This document shows, in pieces, positions 46,251 through 64,000 of a stretch of 64,000 bases of DNA. A program made the position numbers and the translations under genes. The DNA comes from the human T2T-CHM13v2.0 reference genome, Homo sapiens. The notes under the pieces are model-generated. The model was not told where the DNA came from and searched no databases. It was given only the letters and a program-made list of their open reading frames with translations. Position 1 is the first letter of the stretch. Each line of letters starts with the position of its first letter. The DNA is taken from assembly GCF_009914755.1 (NCBI RefSeq), contig NC_060935.1. One strand, given 5' to 3'.

Positions 46251-47064
46251 AACAGAAACTTCTCAAAAGAAGACATTTATGCAGCCAACAGACACATGAA
46301 AAAATGCTCATCATCACTGGCCATCAGAGAAATGCAAATCAAAATCACAATGAGATATCATCTCACACCAGTTAGAATGGCAATCATTAAAAAGTCAGGA
46401 AACAACAGGTGCTAGACAGGATGTGGAGAAATAGGAACACTTTTACACTGTTGGTGGGACTGTAAACTAGTTCAACCATTGTGGAAGACAGTGTGGCGAT
46501 TCTTCAGGGATCTAGAACTAGAAATACCATTTGACCCAGACATCCCATTACTGGGTGTATACCCAAAGGAATATAAATCATGCTACTATAAAGACACATG
46601 CACACGTATGTTTATTGCAGCACTACTCACAATAGCAAAGACTTGGAACCAACCCAAATGTCCAACAATGATAGACTGGATTAAGAAAATGTGGCACATA
46701 TACACCATGGAACACTATGCAGCCATAAAAAATGATGAGTTCATGTCCTTTGTAGGAACATGGATGAAGCTGGAAACCATCATTCTCAGACAACTATCGC
46801 AAGGAAAAAAAGCCAAACACCGCATGTTCTCACTCATAGGTGGGAATTGAACAACGAGAACACATGGACACAGGAAGGGGAACATCACACACCGGGGCCT
46901 GTTGTGGGGTGGGGGGAGGGGGGAGGGACAGCATTAGGAGATATACCTAATGTAAATGACGAGTTAATGGGTGCAGCACACCAACATGGCACATGTATAC
47001 ATGTGTAACAAACCTGCATGTTGTGCACATGTACCCTAGAACTTAAAGTATAATAAAAAAAAAA
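46251..47064 (+). mobile_element. 5'-truncated L1PA (PA4-6-like) 3' end
   Basis: ORF 46479-46850 is the ORF2 C-terminus (..HRMFSLIGGN), followed by 3' UTR and poly(A). Confidence 0.96.
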
Positions 47065-49621
47065 TATATATATGAAAAGAAAAAGTGAATTACAAAATGT
47101 TAGAGGGTAGTAGTCTAATAACATCAAACAAAGAGACAAAATGTTTCTGAGTGGTAGAGAACATCACTAAAGTAGTACATTTGTGTCAGGTTATTTAAAA
47201 GGACAAATGCAATTAACCTTGCAAGAGTGTAACTTAGCTCAAATTTGGTGTTTGTCTAAGGTCTTAAGAGTATCTACTAGAGATATCTTATTCTTAGAAA
47301 CTATGGTCATGCTTGCTAATCAACTTTCTTCACTAGACTGAACCCCAAATGAAATCTGGCTGTATTGAAAATTAAAACTTGTAGTCACAGCCAAAGTTAT
47401 GGTACATTAGAGAAAATACAAAATAATTTGTTTCAATGTCTGAAGACAAGGCCAGGGTTGATGGAAGGAAATGGATTTCTGAAGGACCATTATGTCAGTA
47501 AAGTAAGGGGCTTGGATCATTAACTGTTCACAGTTAATAAAATAAGGTTGTAGTCACTATATTTCAAAGCTGTCTATAGCAACAAAATCATGTTGGGAAT
47601 AACAGGATATAAATTATGGGGTATTTAATTTTAAAATTATTTGGAGAAGAGAATTGATTATGTTATCTCAATACAGTTTGGTATTCTGCATTTTTCTATG
47701 TTTTCACTAGCTAAATTCAAGCATTTAAGTCCAAATTACATAAGAAAACTGCATTTTCAGAGGAGAGGGGTGTAAACATACTAAGATCCTGAAAAAAAAA
47801 AAAGCAATTGGGAGGTGTGGAAAGTGATCAGACTTTACTTTCTCAAGTATTGATTTCTGGTTGTTTCCGCTATCTAAGTCTAAGAACTGTGCTAAGTCAC
47901 AAATTCTCCAAGCTTTACTTTTTTGATTATTCACTGTGAGCAATACATTTTTCCACAAACAATTGTAATGAGAGTTATACATGAAAAAAAGATGTAAAGA
48001 CTCCATAGTCATAACTTATTACTCTAGTTATTTTTATTTATATCAATATTATTTTTACGCTGTATATGTCAGCTAGAATTGGTGAATAATTGGTGATATT
48101 TATAAGTATAAAAGTAAACACAATATTGCTGATCTTATACCAATTTTTCCCAAGATAATAAGAGAACAAAACACCAATAATTGAGAAAAAAAGAAAACTT
48201 TAAAAAATCACTCTGCAGATTAGAGACAAGTTTTATGTAGCAGAAGATAATGATAATTAGTAGGAAATAGCATCACTGTTTTTGTAAAAAGCTTGTTTTT
48301 GTCACCAAGATATGTGTGTGTGTGTGCGCACATGTGTGTGTGTGGTCACAAGATAATGGTCCAGATGCAATATGTGTAGGCTTTTGTGAACAAAATAGGA
48401 ATAATCGAGAGAGAACAGGGCTAGGTGTTTGAAGAACTAAATTCTAGGTTTATTTTGTACATGAATTTGAGCAATAGTTACCCTCACACTGCCCAAAATC
48501 TTCAATGACAAAAACTGAGAAAATTATCAATGACAAATATTCTCAAAAAGTTCATTTGAATTTTAAAATTCTGGGATATTATGAAACTGCTTCTAAGCTA
48601 ACACTAGATTTGTATCAAAGACACTTTTTGTTATCCCATCTTATTAATAATATGATATCAGACATTTCTGTAGGTCAAAGGGTGCTTGGATCTCCATCCT
48701 TTTGATTCTTGAAAGATTTCTCAGAAAGGTAGAACAAAGAATAAAATTTCTAGTTTGTAGATTAAGAAATTAAACAAAATTAATCTAACAATAGGATAAC
48801 ATACTTTATTGTTGTAAATTTGGCGTTCTAAGTTGTTTATAATCATTTTATACTGCTAAAGTGCCTGCTTCATTGCAAAATGATGTATTTCAAAATATTT
48901 GTGGCTAATTAGCTAAAGCGAGTAGAGAACAAAGGATCTGATCCTGGAGGTTTGCATTTCATTAAAGCTGGTTGTTCCTCTTCACTCCATTTTCACGGGC
49001 TCAATTCCAGCCATTCTGAACACGTACACTATTGGGCAGTAACACAATCAACTGAAATAAGAGAATAATTCTATGCACATTCAATTACTATTGTAAAAAC
49101 AAACTCAATATGTGCAGCTGTTTGGATCAGAATTTTTATCTCCATATGAGAAGGTCAATTGGAATGCAAGCATCTACCCGCATCATTTGCCTTCTGCTGG
49201 ATCTAAATTTAATGATGCCTTCTTGTCCTACTCTCTGTAGGATAATAAAGGGGATCTGGCAAGGCTAACAGAGCCAGGCTGTCTGGTAAGGCTTTTGAAC
49301 TTTTATTTACTAACCAATAAAAAACTTGACATTTGATCAGCATAATTATCAGGGGACCACTACTTCCCATAAAAACCCCAAGACCAAAATTAAGTAAAAT
49401 AAATTTTATGACAGTAGCAGTTGTCTTTATTATACTATTAGCCTCATATGAAGCTTCATGTCCTTGACAAGGGAGCAGAGTGATAGATTTTGATGGCTAA
49501 ATAAAATTTTCTATGTACAAGAGATGAGGCAGGATAAGGAAACAAAGACTGGGTATATAAGAATAAGCAGGTTCCATTTCAAAGCACTCAAGGCATCAGC
49601 AGCCAAGAAAAGCTCTTATTA

Positions 49622-49925
<304 letters not shown>

Positions 49926-51016
49926 CTCTATTTATTTGCTTGAAAAAGAGAGATTGACATGAAAAGTCACACTGACAATATTAAACTACCTGCTCACTTC
50001 TTCTTTGCTCTTTGGAACTTGGATCACAGAGAAAAGAGGTCTTTGAGATATAAATTCCATTTTCAATTAGTTAACAGGTCCTTAAATGCTATGACTCCAA
50101 TTTGGGGAGACTAAAATGGTGATTCATGAATCTTTTCTTCCTTTCTAATAAAGACTAACTGGTTAGTTCTTTTTAGATAAAATAAACAAAAGAAAGATAA
50201 ACAAATGAAAATGTGAAAATATAAATCACCTATTCAAAGCAACTTTCAGTATTTCTTAATAAGATCATTTTTGGATAAAAATCTGAGTCAAAGTCAAATC
50301 AAACTAGGATCTAAGTTAACCCTTTTTATTTGAATCATGCACTCCTGGACAGTGGGTGCCTTATTGACTGGTTTTCTATGCATATCCCATTCAGCATCGA
50401 GGTTACTTGGCAATTTTGGGGCATGAAAGATAAATAAAAAAGACAAAGCTTAAGAACTATGTGATATATTAAGCATTGCCTAAGGACTTTAAAAAAATGA
50501 AGTCAAAGATGAGTCTTCTATATAAATATAGAGAAAAAATAGAAGTTGTGCAGGTAAAAAAGAACAAATGATTTATACCTTTGTTTATTCTAAGTGCATT
50601 TATAAAAATAAGATTTGTGATAGGTGAACAAAATATAATGGAGGTTTGATATTATGCTGTGAAATTAAGTAGGATATATGCTATACATAGCTTCCCTCAT
50701 ATCATGACGCAAGTAACTTATATGTATATTTGCCAGATTTACCCCAATATTGTGTGTGTGTATAAATATCAATTACACTTATAAGTAATATATTCTCTAT
50801 GTTAGAATAGATTTATTTGATCTTGAATAATATTTTTCTAATCAATAAAACTGATGATTTTAGCACTTCAATATGGATGAGTGATAATGAATGGGAAATG
50901 CCAGGAAATCTAATATACTTAAATAAGAATATACCAATTAGGTGGTATGTAGTTATGACAGCCTGTGAAAAAGCAGATAAAGACTTAGCTTAAATAGAAT
51001 CACTTAGAATTTATTA

Positions 51017-52089
51017 TATTTACTGGGAACCTATGACTAATTACAGAGTAAGCAACTGAAAAAGGAGAGCAAGAAGATTTTATTTTTTTCATTAGGCAAG
51101 GGATCAAGCTGATAGAGATGAGTTAAGTCAGGATCAAAAACACCTAGCCTATCATTGCTGAAAAATGAAATAGTAAGAACCATTGGCCAAAGAGACTGGG
51201 CAGTAGAACAGTCAATTACATGACCAGTTTGATGGGGTACATTGCAGTTAGTGTAGCTTACCAGTGTGTCCTCCAGAAAACTGAAAATGTTCAGTTTATA
51301 TATACCCCAGACTCCCTCAGTCACTGGATGTGGCTTCCCCAAGGCAAGGCAGCTTTCTGCATATCCTTAAATAGCTGGCAGATGGAGACTGTCTGTTGAC
51401 TAAATTAATTGCAGCTGTGCAGCAAATGTGTTTTTGAAAAAAGATATGAATGGTGAATCTACAATTGTAGCATTTGGATCCACTTTTCCATATTAATTCA
51501 GGGAGCAGCCCAGAAAGACTATTCCGTTAAAAAACACAGGACAAGTTAAGTGTCAGAGATGGAACCTTAATTCAAGCTATCGAGTCACCTTCTTTCTAGG
51601 AGTACACATACAAGATAAAAATTAGACAAATTACAGCTTGTCTCAGGGCTAAAAATGATACTAATTATCTCCTTCCTCCTCTGTCCATTCTATATTTCAA
51701 ACACCCTCAGCTACCTAACATTTTGGCCTTAGTAACTTGCATGGTGAGATTACCTAAACCCTTTCACAGAGAAGTCTGAGTCCTAGTTACTCAGCTGTTC
51801 TCAGAACATAGTTGTTATTGCTATGTATTTATGGTGATAATTGGCCACGAGTGTTTCAAGAAATACCCAAGTGTAACAACTGGGTTCATTTTATTTACTT
51901 GGAACCTATGATGAATTACAGAGTAAGCAACTGAAAAAGGAGAGCAAGAAGATTTTATTTTTTTCATTAGGCAAGGGATCAAGCTGAGAGAGATGAGCTA
52001 AGTCATGATCAGAAACACCTAGCCTATCATTACTGAAAAATAAAATAGTAAGAATCATTGACCAAAGAGACTGGGCAGTGGAACTGTCA
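51017..52089 (+). repeat. 198-bp direct repeat pair (51017-51214 and 51892-52089)
   Basis: Ungapped alignment at offset 875 with 13 mismatches by hand count (~93%). Near-identical minus-strand ORF ends appear in the track. Confidence 0.95.
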
Positions 52090-52410
52090 TTCCTTTCTGC
52101 ACCCAAATGTGTAACAGTATCTCTACATCCTCCTACCGGAGTTTATTACTGCTAACTAGGGAGTGATTCTGTTTCTTATACATAGATGACTTTTTTTCAT
52201 CTAAGATGTCTTTTGTGTCCAGATGGTAGCTGAGTCGTGTAATTATTGATGAAAGTAGTTTCCTTTTGGAGATCAGGATTTTTGAACTGACAGAGTCAAG
52301 AGTTGTGGAGACAAAAAGCACAAAATCCCCCACTGGGCCTCCAGAAATGATGGTAAGTGAGATGACTCCAGCTTCCACCCTTGGTTTCTTGACAGAAATA
52401 TATTTCCTGT
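51230..52410 (-). mobile_element. Ancient ERVL remnant: LTR16A-like LTR plus pol/dUTPase-region internal sequence
   Basis: ORF 52133-52378 (EAGVISLTI..PVGDFVL.V..TL.S...ILI.K..LL) and downstream LLH..|.NP...LG.FL....PII.IN resemble the ERVL dUTPase region. Confidence 0.6.
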
Positions 52411-52893
52411 TGGAAATGTTTGAGAATTTTAGAATCTTTATATATTTTTAAATTGACATAAATTTTACATATTTACCATGCACAACATATTATTTTGAGG
52501 TATATGTACACTGTGGAATGACTAAATCTACTTAGTAGCAATATTCATTATCTCACATAATTATGATTTTTTTTAGTGAGAACTTTATTTCCACTATCTT
52601 AGCATTTTACAAAATTACAATATTTTGAAACTATAGTCACAAGGTTGTACAATAGAACTCTTAAGCTTATTCCTCCTATCTCATTGAAATTTTGTATCAT
52701 TTGACCAACACCTTCTCTGCTCTCAACCAACCCAGTCCCTGGTAACCACCATTCTACCCTCTACCTCCGTAAGATAACTATGATAGATTTCACGTGAGTC
52801 AAATTATGCAGTATTTGTCATTCTGTGCCTGGCTTATTTCACTTAACATGATTTCCTCCCAGGTTCATCCATGTTGTCATGACAGGAATTTCT

Positions 52894-53593
52894 CCTCCTC
52901 CTCCACCTCCTTCTGTTTTTTTTTTTTTTTTTTTTTTTTTTTTGGAGACGGAGTGATATGATTTGGCTCTGTGTTTGTATCCCCACCTAAATCTCACCTT
53001 GAATTGTAATAATCCCCACATGTGAAAGGCAGGACCAGGTGGAGGTAATTGAATCATGGGGGTGGTTTCTGCCATGCTGTTCTCCCGATAGTGAGTGAGT
53101 TCTCATGAGATCTGATGGTTTTATAAGAGGCTTCCCCCTTCGCTTGGCCCTCATTCTCTCTCCCGCCACCCTGTGAAGAGGTGCCTTCTGCCATAATTGT
53201 AAGTCTCCTGAGGCCTCCCCAGCCATGTGGAACTGTGAGTAAATTAAACCACTTTTCTTTATAAATTGCCCAGTCTTGGGTATTTCTTAATAGCGGCATG
53301 AGAACGGACTAATACACAGGGTCTCACTCTGCTGCCCAGGCTAGAGTGAAGTGTTGTAATCTTGGCTCACTGCAGCCTCAGCCTCCTGGGCTCAAGCAAT
53401 CCTCTCACATCAGCCTCCCAAGTTGCTGGGATTACAGGCATGCAACACTGTGCTTGGCTGATTTTAAATGTTTTGTAGATATAAAATCTCCATATATTGC
53501 CCAGGCTGGCCTTGAACTCATGGGTTCAAAAGATCTTCCCACCTCAGCCTCCCAATGTCCTGGTATTGCAGGTGTGAGCCCTTGTGCCCGGCC
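52894..53593 (-). mobile_element. AluJ split by a THE1 LTR
   Basis: Tail and GAGAC at 52894-52953, body at 53317-53593 with J diagnostics (GGGTCTCAC, GGGCTCAAGC). TSD AGGAATTTCT / AGGACTTTCT. Confidence 0.88.
52954..53316 (+). mobile_element. THE1C-like MaLR solo LTR
   Basis: TGATATG.TTTGGCTCTGTG..GAACGGACTAATACA. Confidence 0.92.
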
Positions 53594-56576
53594 AGGACTT
53601 TCTTTGTCATGGATGAACAGTATTTTGTTGTGCCATATTTTCTTTATCCGTTAATTTGTTGATGAACACTTAGGATGATTTCATATTGTGGCTATTGTGA
53701 GTAATGCTGAAATAAACATGCTAGTGTAGCTATTTCTTTGACATACTAATTTCATTTTCTTTAGATTTTTGTCCAATATTGGCATTCCTGGATCATACGA
53801 GGGTTCTATTTTTATTTTTTTTGGTGAAACTCCACATTGTTTCCATACCGTTTGTACTAATTTACATTCCAACAGTGTGTGGCAGTTACCTTTTCTTCAC
53901 ATCCTTGCCAATACTTACTTTTCATCTTTTTTGTCATAGCCATTCTAATAGGTGTGAGGTTGATATCTCATTGTGTCTTTCATTTGCATTTGCATGATTA
54001 TTACTGATGTTGAACTTGCTTATATTTTGATCATTTCTATATCTTCTTTTGAGAAACAACTATTCAGGTCCTTTGTTCATTTTCAAACTGGGTTTTTTTA
54101 ACTTGCTATTTAGTTTTTTTAGTTTCTGAGGTATTTTGGATATTAATCTCTTATCAGATGTATAGCTTACACATATTTTTTCCCATTCTGTAGGTAATGT
54201 TTTCACTCTTGGTTGTTTTCTTTGCTTTGACATTTGACATAATGCCATTTGTCTATTTTTGCTTTTGTTGCCTGTGTTTTTAGAAACATATCCAAAATAT
54301 AATTGCCCCAACCAATGTCATATAGATTTTCCTTATTTTTTTTCTAATAGTTTCATAGTTCTGGGTCTTACATTTAACTTTTTAATCTATTTTGAGTTGA
54401 GTGTTTATATGTTATAAGAAAACGGTCTAATTTCATTCTTCTGTATAAGGATATCCAATTTTCCCAACACGATTTATTGAGGAACTGTCTTTTTTTTTTT
54501 TTTTTTCAATTGTGTGCTCATGGATTTTTTTTGTTGAAAGCCATTTGTAAGTGCATGGATTTATTTCAATCTTCTCTATTCTGTTCCATTGGCCTATGGC
54601 CTGTTTTTATGCCAGTATCATGCTGTCGTTACCATAGCTTTGTGGTTTGTTAAAGTCAGGTAGTACAATGCCTCTAGCTTTGTTCTTTTTGCTCAAGATT
54701 GCTCTATTTGGGGTCTTTTATGGTTCTGTACAAATTTTAAGTTTTTTTCTATTTCTGTGAAGAATGCTATTGGTATTTTGATACAGATTGTGTTGAATCT
54801 GTAGATCACATTGGGTACAATGAAAATTTTAGCAATATTAATTATCCAATCCATTAGCATGGATTATCTTTTGATTTATTTTTGTCTTCAATATTTTTCA
54901 TCAATGTTTTATAGTTTTCAGTATAGAGATCTTTCACCTCCTTTGTTAAATTTATTACTAAATACTTGTTGCTGTTGTAAATAAAATTTGTTTTCCTCAT
55001 TTGCTTTTTCAGAGAGTTTGCTGTTAGTTTATAGAAGTGTTGCTGATTTTTTATGGTGATTTTGAATCCTGCAACTTTACTGAATTTATTTATTAGTTCT
55101 AACAGTTTTTGGTGAAGCCTCTACAGTTTTTTATATATAAGAAAATGTTGTCTGCCAACCAGGACAGTTTATCTGCTTCCTTTTCAATTTGGATGCCTTT
55201 TATTTCTTTCTCTTTCCTAATCATTCTGGCCAGGATCTCCAGTGCTATATAAAATAGAAATGACCAGACTAGACATCTTTGTCTTGCTGCAGTTTTAAAC
55301 TAGAAGTTTTCAACTTTTCCCTACTCTGAACGATTTTAGCTGTGGGTTTGTCATATATGGCCTTTGTTGTGTTAAGTTATTTCTGTACCTAATTTGTTGA
55401 ATGTTTTTTATCATAAACGATGTTGAATTTTGTCAAATGTATTTTCTGCGTCTATTAAAATTATCATATTGTTATCTTTCATTCTTTTAATGTAATATAT
55501 CCTGTTTACTCATTTACATATGTTGAAACATCTGTGAATCTCTGTGATGAATTCCCCTTGATCATGGTGAATGATCCTTTTAATGTGCTGTTGAATTTGG
55601 TTTGCTAATATTTTTTGAGGATTTTTGCATTTATGTTTGTCAGAGAGATTGGCCTGCAGTTTTCTTTTTTTGTAGTGTTCTTGTCTGGCTTTGGAATCAG
55701 GGTGATACCGGTCTTGGAAAATGAGCTTGGAATTATTCCCCAATTTTCAATTTTTGGAAAAGTTTGAAAATAATTGGTACTAGTTCTTCCTTAAATGTTT
55801 GGTACAATTCAGCAGTGAGGTCATCAGGTTCTAAGCTTTTTATTTAATTGAAGATTTTTTATTATTATTCAATCTCATTACACACATTGGTCTGTTAAAT
55901 TTTCTATTTCTTCATAATTCAGTATTGATAGGTTGTAGGTGTCAAATAATTTATCCACTTCTAGGTTGTCCAATTTATTGGCATATAATTGCCTCTTGTA
56001 ATCTCTTGTGTTTCTGTGATATGAATTGTAATGTCTCATTTTTTGTTGTTGTTGTTTCCGATTTTATTTACTTGGGCCTTCTGGCTTTTTTCCTCAGTTT
56101 AGCTAAAGGTTTGTCAATTTTGTCTATCTTTCAAAAACCAGCTCAGTTTCATTGATATTATCTTTCTGGTCTCCATTTCCTTCTGCTCAGATCTTTATTA
56201 CTTCCATCCTTCTACCAATTTGGGACTTTGTTCCTATTTTTCTGATTTCTTGAGGTGCAACATTAGGTTCTTGATTTGATAACTTTCTTCTTTTCTGCTG
56301 TAGCTGTTGATTGCCATAAATTTCCATCTTACTATTGCTTTTACTGAATCCCATAAGTGTTAGTATGCTGTGTTTCCAATTTTGTTTGTCCTAAGGAATT
56401 TCTAAATTTCCATTTAAATGTTTTTATTAACCCATTGGTTGTTCGGATAATGTTGTTTAATTTTTCTGTATTTGTGAATTTTTCAAAGTCCCTTCTGTTA
56501 CTGATTTCTAGTTTTATACCTTTGTTGTCAGAAAAAATACTTGATTAAATTTCAATCTTTTAAAATTTTTTTTTTT

Positions 56577-61241
<4,665 letters not shown>

Positions 61242-62159
61242 TGAGAAGAATGTGTATTCTAAAGCTGTTGGATGTGATGTTGCTTATATGTCTGTTACGT
61301 CTATTTGGTCTAGTGTGTAGTTTAAGTCTAATGTTTCTTTATTGATTTTCTCTCTAAATGATCTGTTTATTGCTGAAAGTGAGGTGTTGAAATCCTGCTA
61401 CTTCTATTGTAATGCAGCCTATCTCTCTCTTCATATCTATTTTATTTGCTTTATCTATTTAGGTGCCCTGATGTTGGGTGCATATATATTTGCAATTGTT
61501 ATATCTTCTTGCTAAATTGACCTATTTTACCTGTATATAATGACCTTCTTTGTCTCATTTTACAGTTTTTGACTTGAAGTCTGTTTTAGCTGATATAAGT
61601 TTAGCTACTGTTTCTTTGTTCTGGTTTCCATTTCCATGCAATATCTTAGTTTATCCTTTCACTTCTAGGCTATGTGTATCCTTACAGGTGAAGTGAGTTT
61701 CTTGTAGGCAACTTGTAGTTGGGTCTTCCTTTATCCTTTCAGCCACTGTACATCTTTGGATTGGACAAATCTAATCCATTTGAATTCAAGGTAAATATAG
61801 ATAGATAATAATTTACTACTGTAATTTTGTAAACTGTTTTGTAGTTGTTTTATCAGTTCTCTACTCTTTCTTTTTTTTCTTCTTTTGCTGCCTTTGTGGC
61901 TGATTTTTCTCTAGTGGCATGTTGTGATTATTTGCCTCTTATTTTTTGTGTATTTATTATAAAGTTTTGTTTCGTGATTACCACGAGGTTGATCAAAATA
62001 ATAGGTTAGTTTAAGCTAATAACAGCTTAACTTTGATTTTTTCTTCTAAAAAAAACACAGTTCTACATTTTACTCCACTCATCCCCTGATTTTGAATTTT
62101 TTATTTTACTACTTACAGCTTTTTATTTTGCATATTCCTTAAATATTATTGTAGCTGTT

Positions 62160-64000
62160 ATTTTTTTGCCAGTTAGTTTAGCTACAAGTTTATCTGTTTT
62201 AATTATTTATTTAATAAAACAACTTTTCATTTTATTAATTTTTTGTATTTTTTAGTCTCAATTTCATCCATTTCTGTTCTAATGTTTATTATTTCTTTCT
62301 TTCTACTAATTTTGGGTTTGGTTTGTTATTCCTTTTCCAGTTCCTTGAGGTGAATTATTTTTTTTTGATATCTGTCTACTTTTTCAATGTAGGTGTTTGT
62401 CACTGTAAAATTCCCTCTTAGAACTGCTTTTGCTATATCCCATAGATTTTCATATGTTGTGTTTCCATTTTTACTTATTTCAATAATTTATTGAAAATTT
62501 CTTTATTTTTTATTGACACATTGATCAGGAGAATGTTGCTTAATTTCCATGTGTTTGTAGTGTTTAAATAATTTCTCTTGATATTGAATTCTGGTTTTAT
62601 TCCATTTTGATTAAAAAATATATTGATATGATTTTTTCTCCTCCTCCTCCAAATTTTTGAATTTCTGAGACTTGTTTAGTGGCCTAACATGAGTATATGC
62701 ACTATTCTGGAGAATGTTTCATAGCTATTTCTTCTCTCTTTTGGTTTCCAGATGCATGGAATATACTTTTTTTCATCCCTTCACTTGCAGTCTATGTGTG
62801 TCTTTATAGGTTAAGCTGGTTTCTTGTAAGCAGCATATAGTTGAGTCTTTGTGGTTGCTTTTAATCCATTCAGCAAATCTGTGTCTTTAAATCATAGAAC
62901 TTAATCTGTTTACATTCATTGTTATTATTGATAGATAAGGACTTACTGCTGCCATCTTAATACATGTTCTCTAGTTGTTTTGTAACTTATTTCTTCCTTT
63001 TATCCCTTCTTACTGTCTTCGTTTGTGGTTAATTTCTTTGTAATATGTTTTAGTTTGTTTCTTTCCAATTTTAGTGAGTAAAAATAAAACATAGTAGTAT
63101 GTTTTTGCTTTTGGTTATCACGAGGCTTTCAAAAATCATCTTATAGGTATGACAAATTATTTTAAAGAGCTGACAACTATTCTTTGGTCACAAAGAAGGT
63201 AATAGAAACATACAAAAAGAGAAAAACTAAAAACTATACAATTTAACTCCCCAGCCCCACACATTTTGACTTTTGGTTGTCTCAATTAATGACTTTTTAT
63301 GTTGCCAATCTGGTAATAAGTTATAGAAGTTATTATTTTTAATAGATTAGTCTTGTAGACTTCATACTGGTGATTTGAGTGGATGGATTTAACATGACAA
63401 TTACAGTATTAGAGTATCATGAGTTTGTGTACTTACTTTAGCTATTGGGTTTTATACCTTTTAATGTTTTCTTTTTGAATGTTAGTGTCCTATTTTTTGT
63501 GTGTTTTTTGTGGTTTTTTGTTGTTTTTTACAGATAAGTTCTCTTTTGCCCAGGAAGGAGTGCAGTGGCACAATCATAGCTCACTGCAGCCTTGATCTCC
63601 TGGACTCTAGTGACCTTCTCAAGTAGCTGGGACTACAGGTGTACTTCACTATGTCTGGCTAATTTCTAATTTTAATTTTTTTGTAGACGAGTTCTCCCTA
63701 TATTGTAGATGGGGTCTCCCTATATTGCTCAGGCTGGTCTCAAACTCCTAGGCTCAAGCAACCCTCCTGTTTCGGCCTCCAAAAGCACTGGGATTATAGA
63801 CAGGAGCCACGGTACCCTGCCAGTGTACTGTTCCATCAGATTGAAGAATTCCCTCTAGCATTTTTTGTAAGATTAGTCTGGTAGTGTTTAATTCCCTCAG
63901 CTACTGTTTGTCTACGGCATAATCTCTTCTTGTATATGTTATATGGATCGCATTTTGGGGTACAATATTCTCAATTCACAGTTTTTTTTTTCTTCCCAGC
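62160..64000 (-). mobile_element. Further old L1M fragments (ORF2 5' part, inter-ORF, ORF1 end)
   Basis: TTTCTTCTACTAATTTTGGGTTTGGTTTG, TTTCTTGTAAGCAGCATATAGTTG, GATTGAAGAATTCCCTCTAGCATT. Confidence 0.8.
63493..63821 (-). mobile_element. AluJ with a small internal tandem duplication
   Basis: ATCATAGCTCACTGCAGCC and GGCTCAAGC. TGTAGA....TCTCCCTATATTG is repeated at 63682-63727. Flanks AGTGTCCT / AGTGTACT. Confidence 0.9.

Overview
This is AT-rich, repeat-dense primate genomic DNA, most likely human. I found no intact protein-coding gene. Most of the window is L1 LINEs of several ages, Alus, MIR/L2 and ERV/MaLR LTRs. The one gene-derived block is a ~3.7 kb intronless, disabled copy of the short WIZ transcript (29201-32880, probably WIZP1) that still carries a CpG-rich 5' end. 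The most unusual structure is a ~4.6 kb composite L1 insertion (56566-61187) inside an older L1MA. It comprises a young 5'-inverted L1PA2/3-like element whose poly(A) is followed by an antisense copy of the RPGR intron1/exon2 junction, a second poly(A), ~0.9 kb of unrelated old L1 and a third poly(A). This looks like a serial 3' transduction that moved an exon fragment of an X-linked retinal disease gene. Also seen: a second candidate transduction (7421-9817), two locally templated insertions (6743-6830 and 51892-52089), a heavily deleted LTR12 and a triple-nested L1>AluJ>THE1. Repeat subfamily names and gene identities come from recalled consensus sequences, not database searches. Boundaries of old repeats are approximate.
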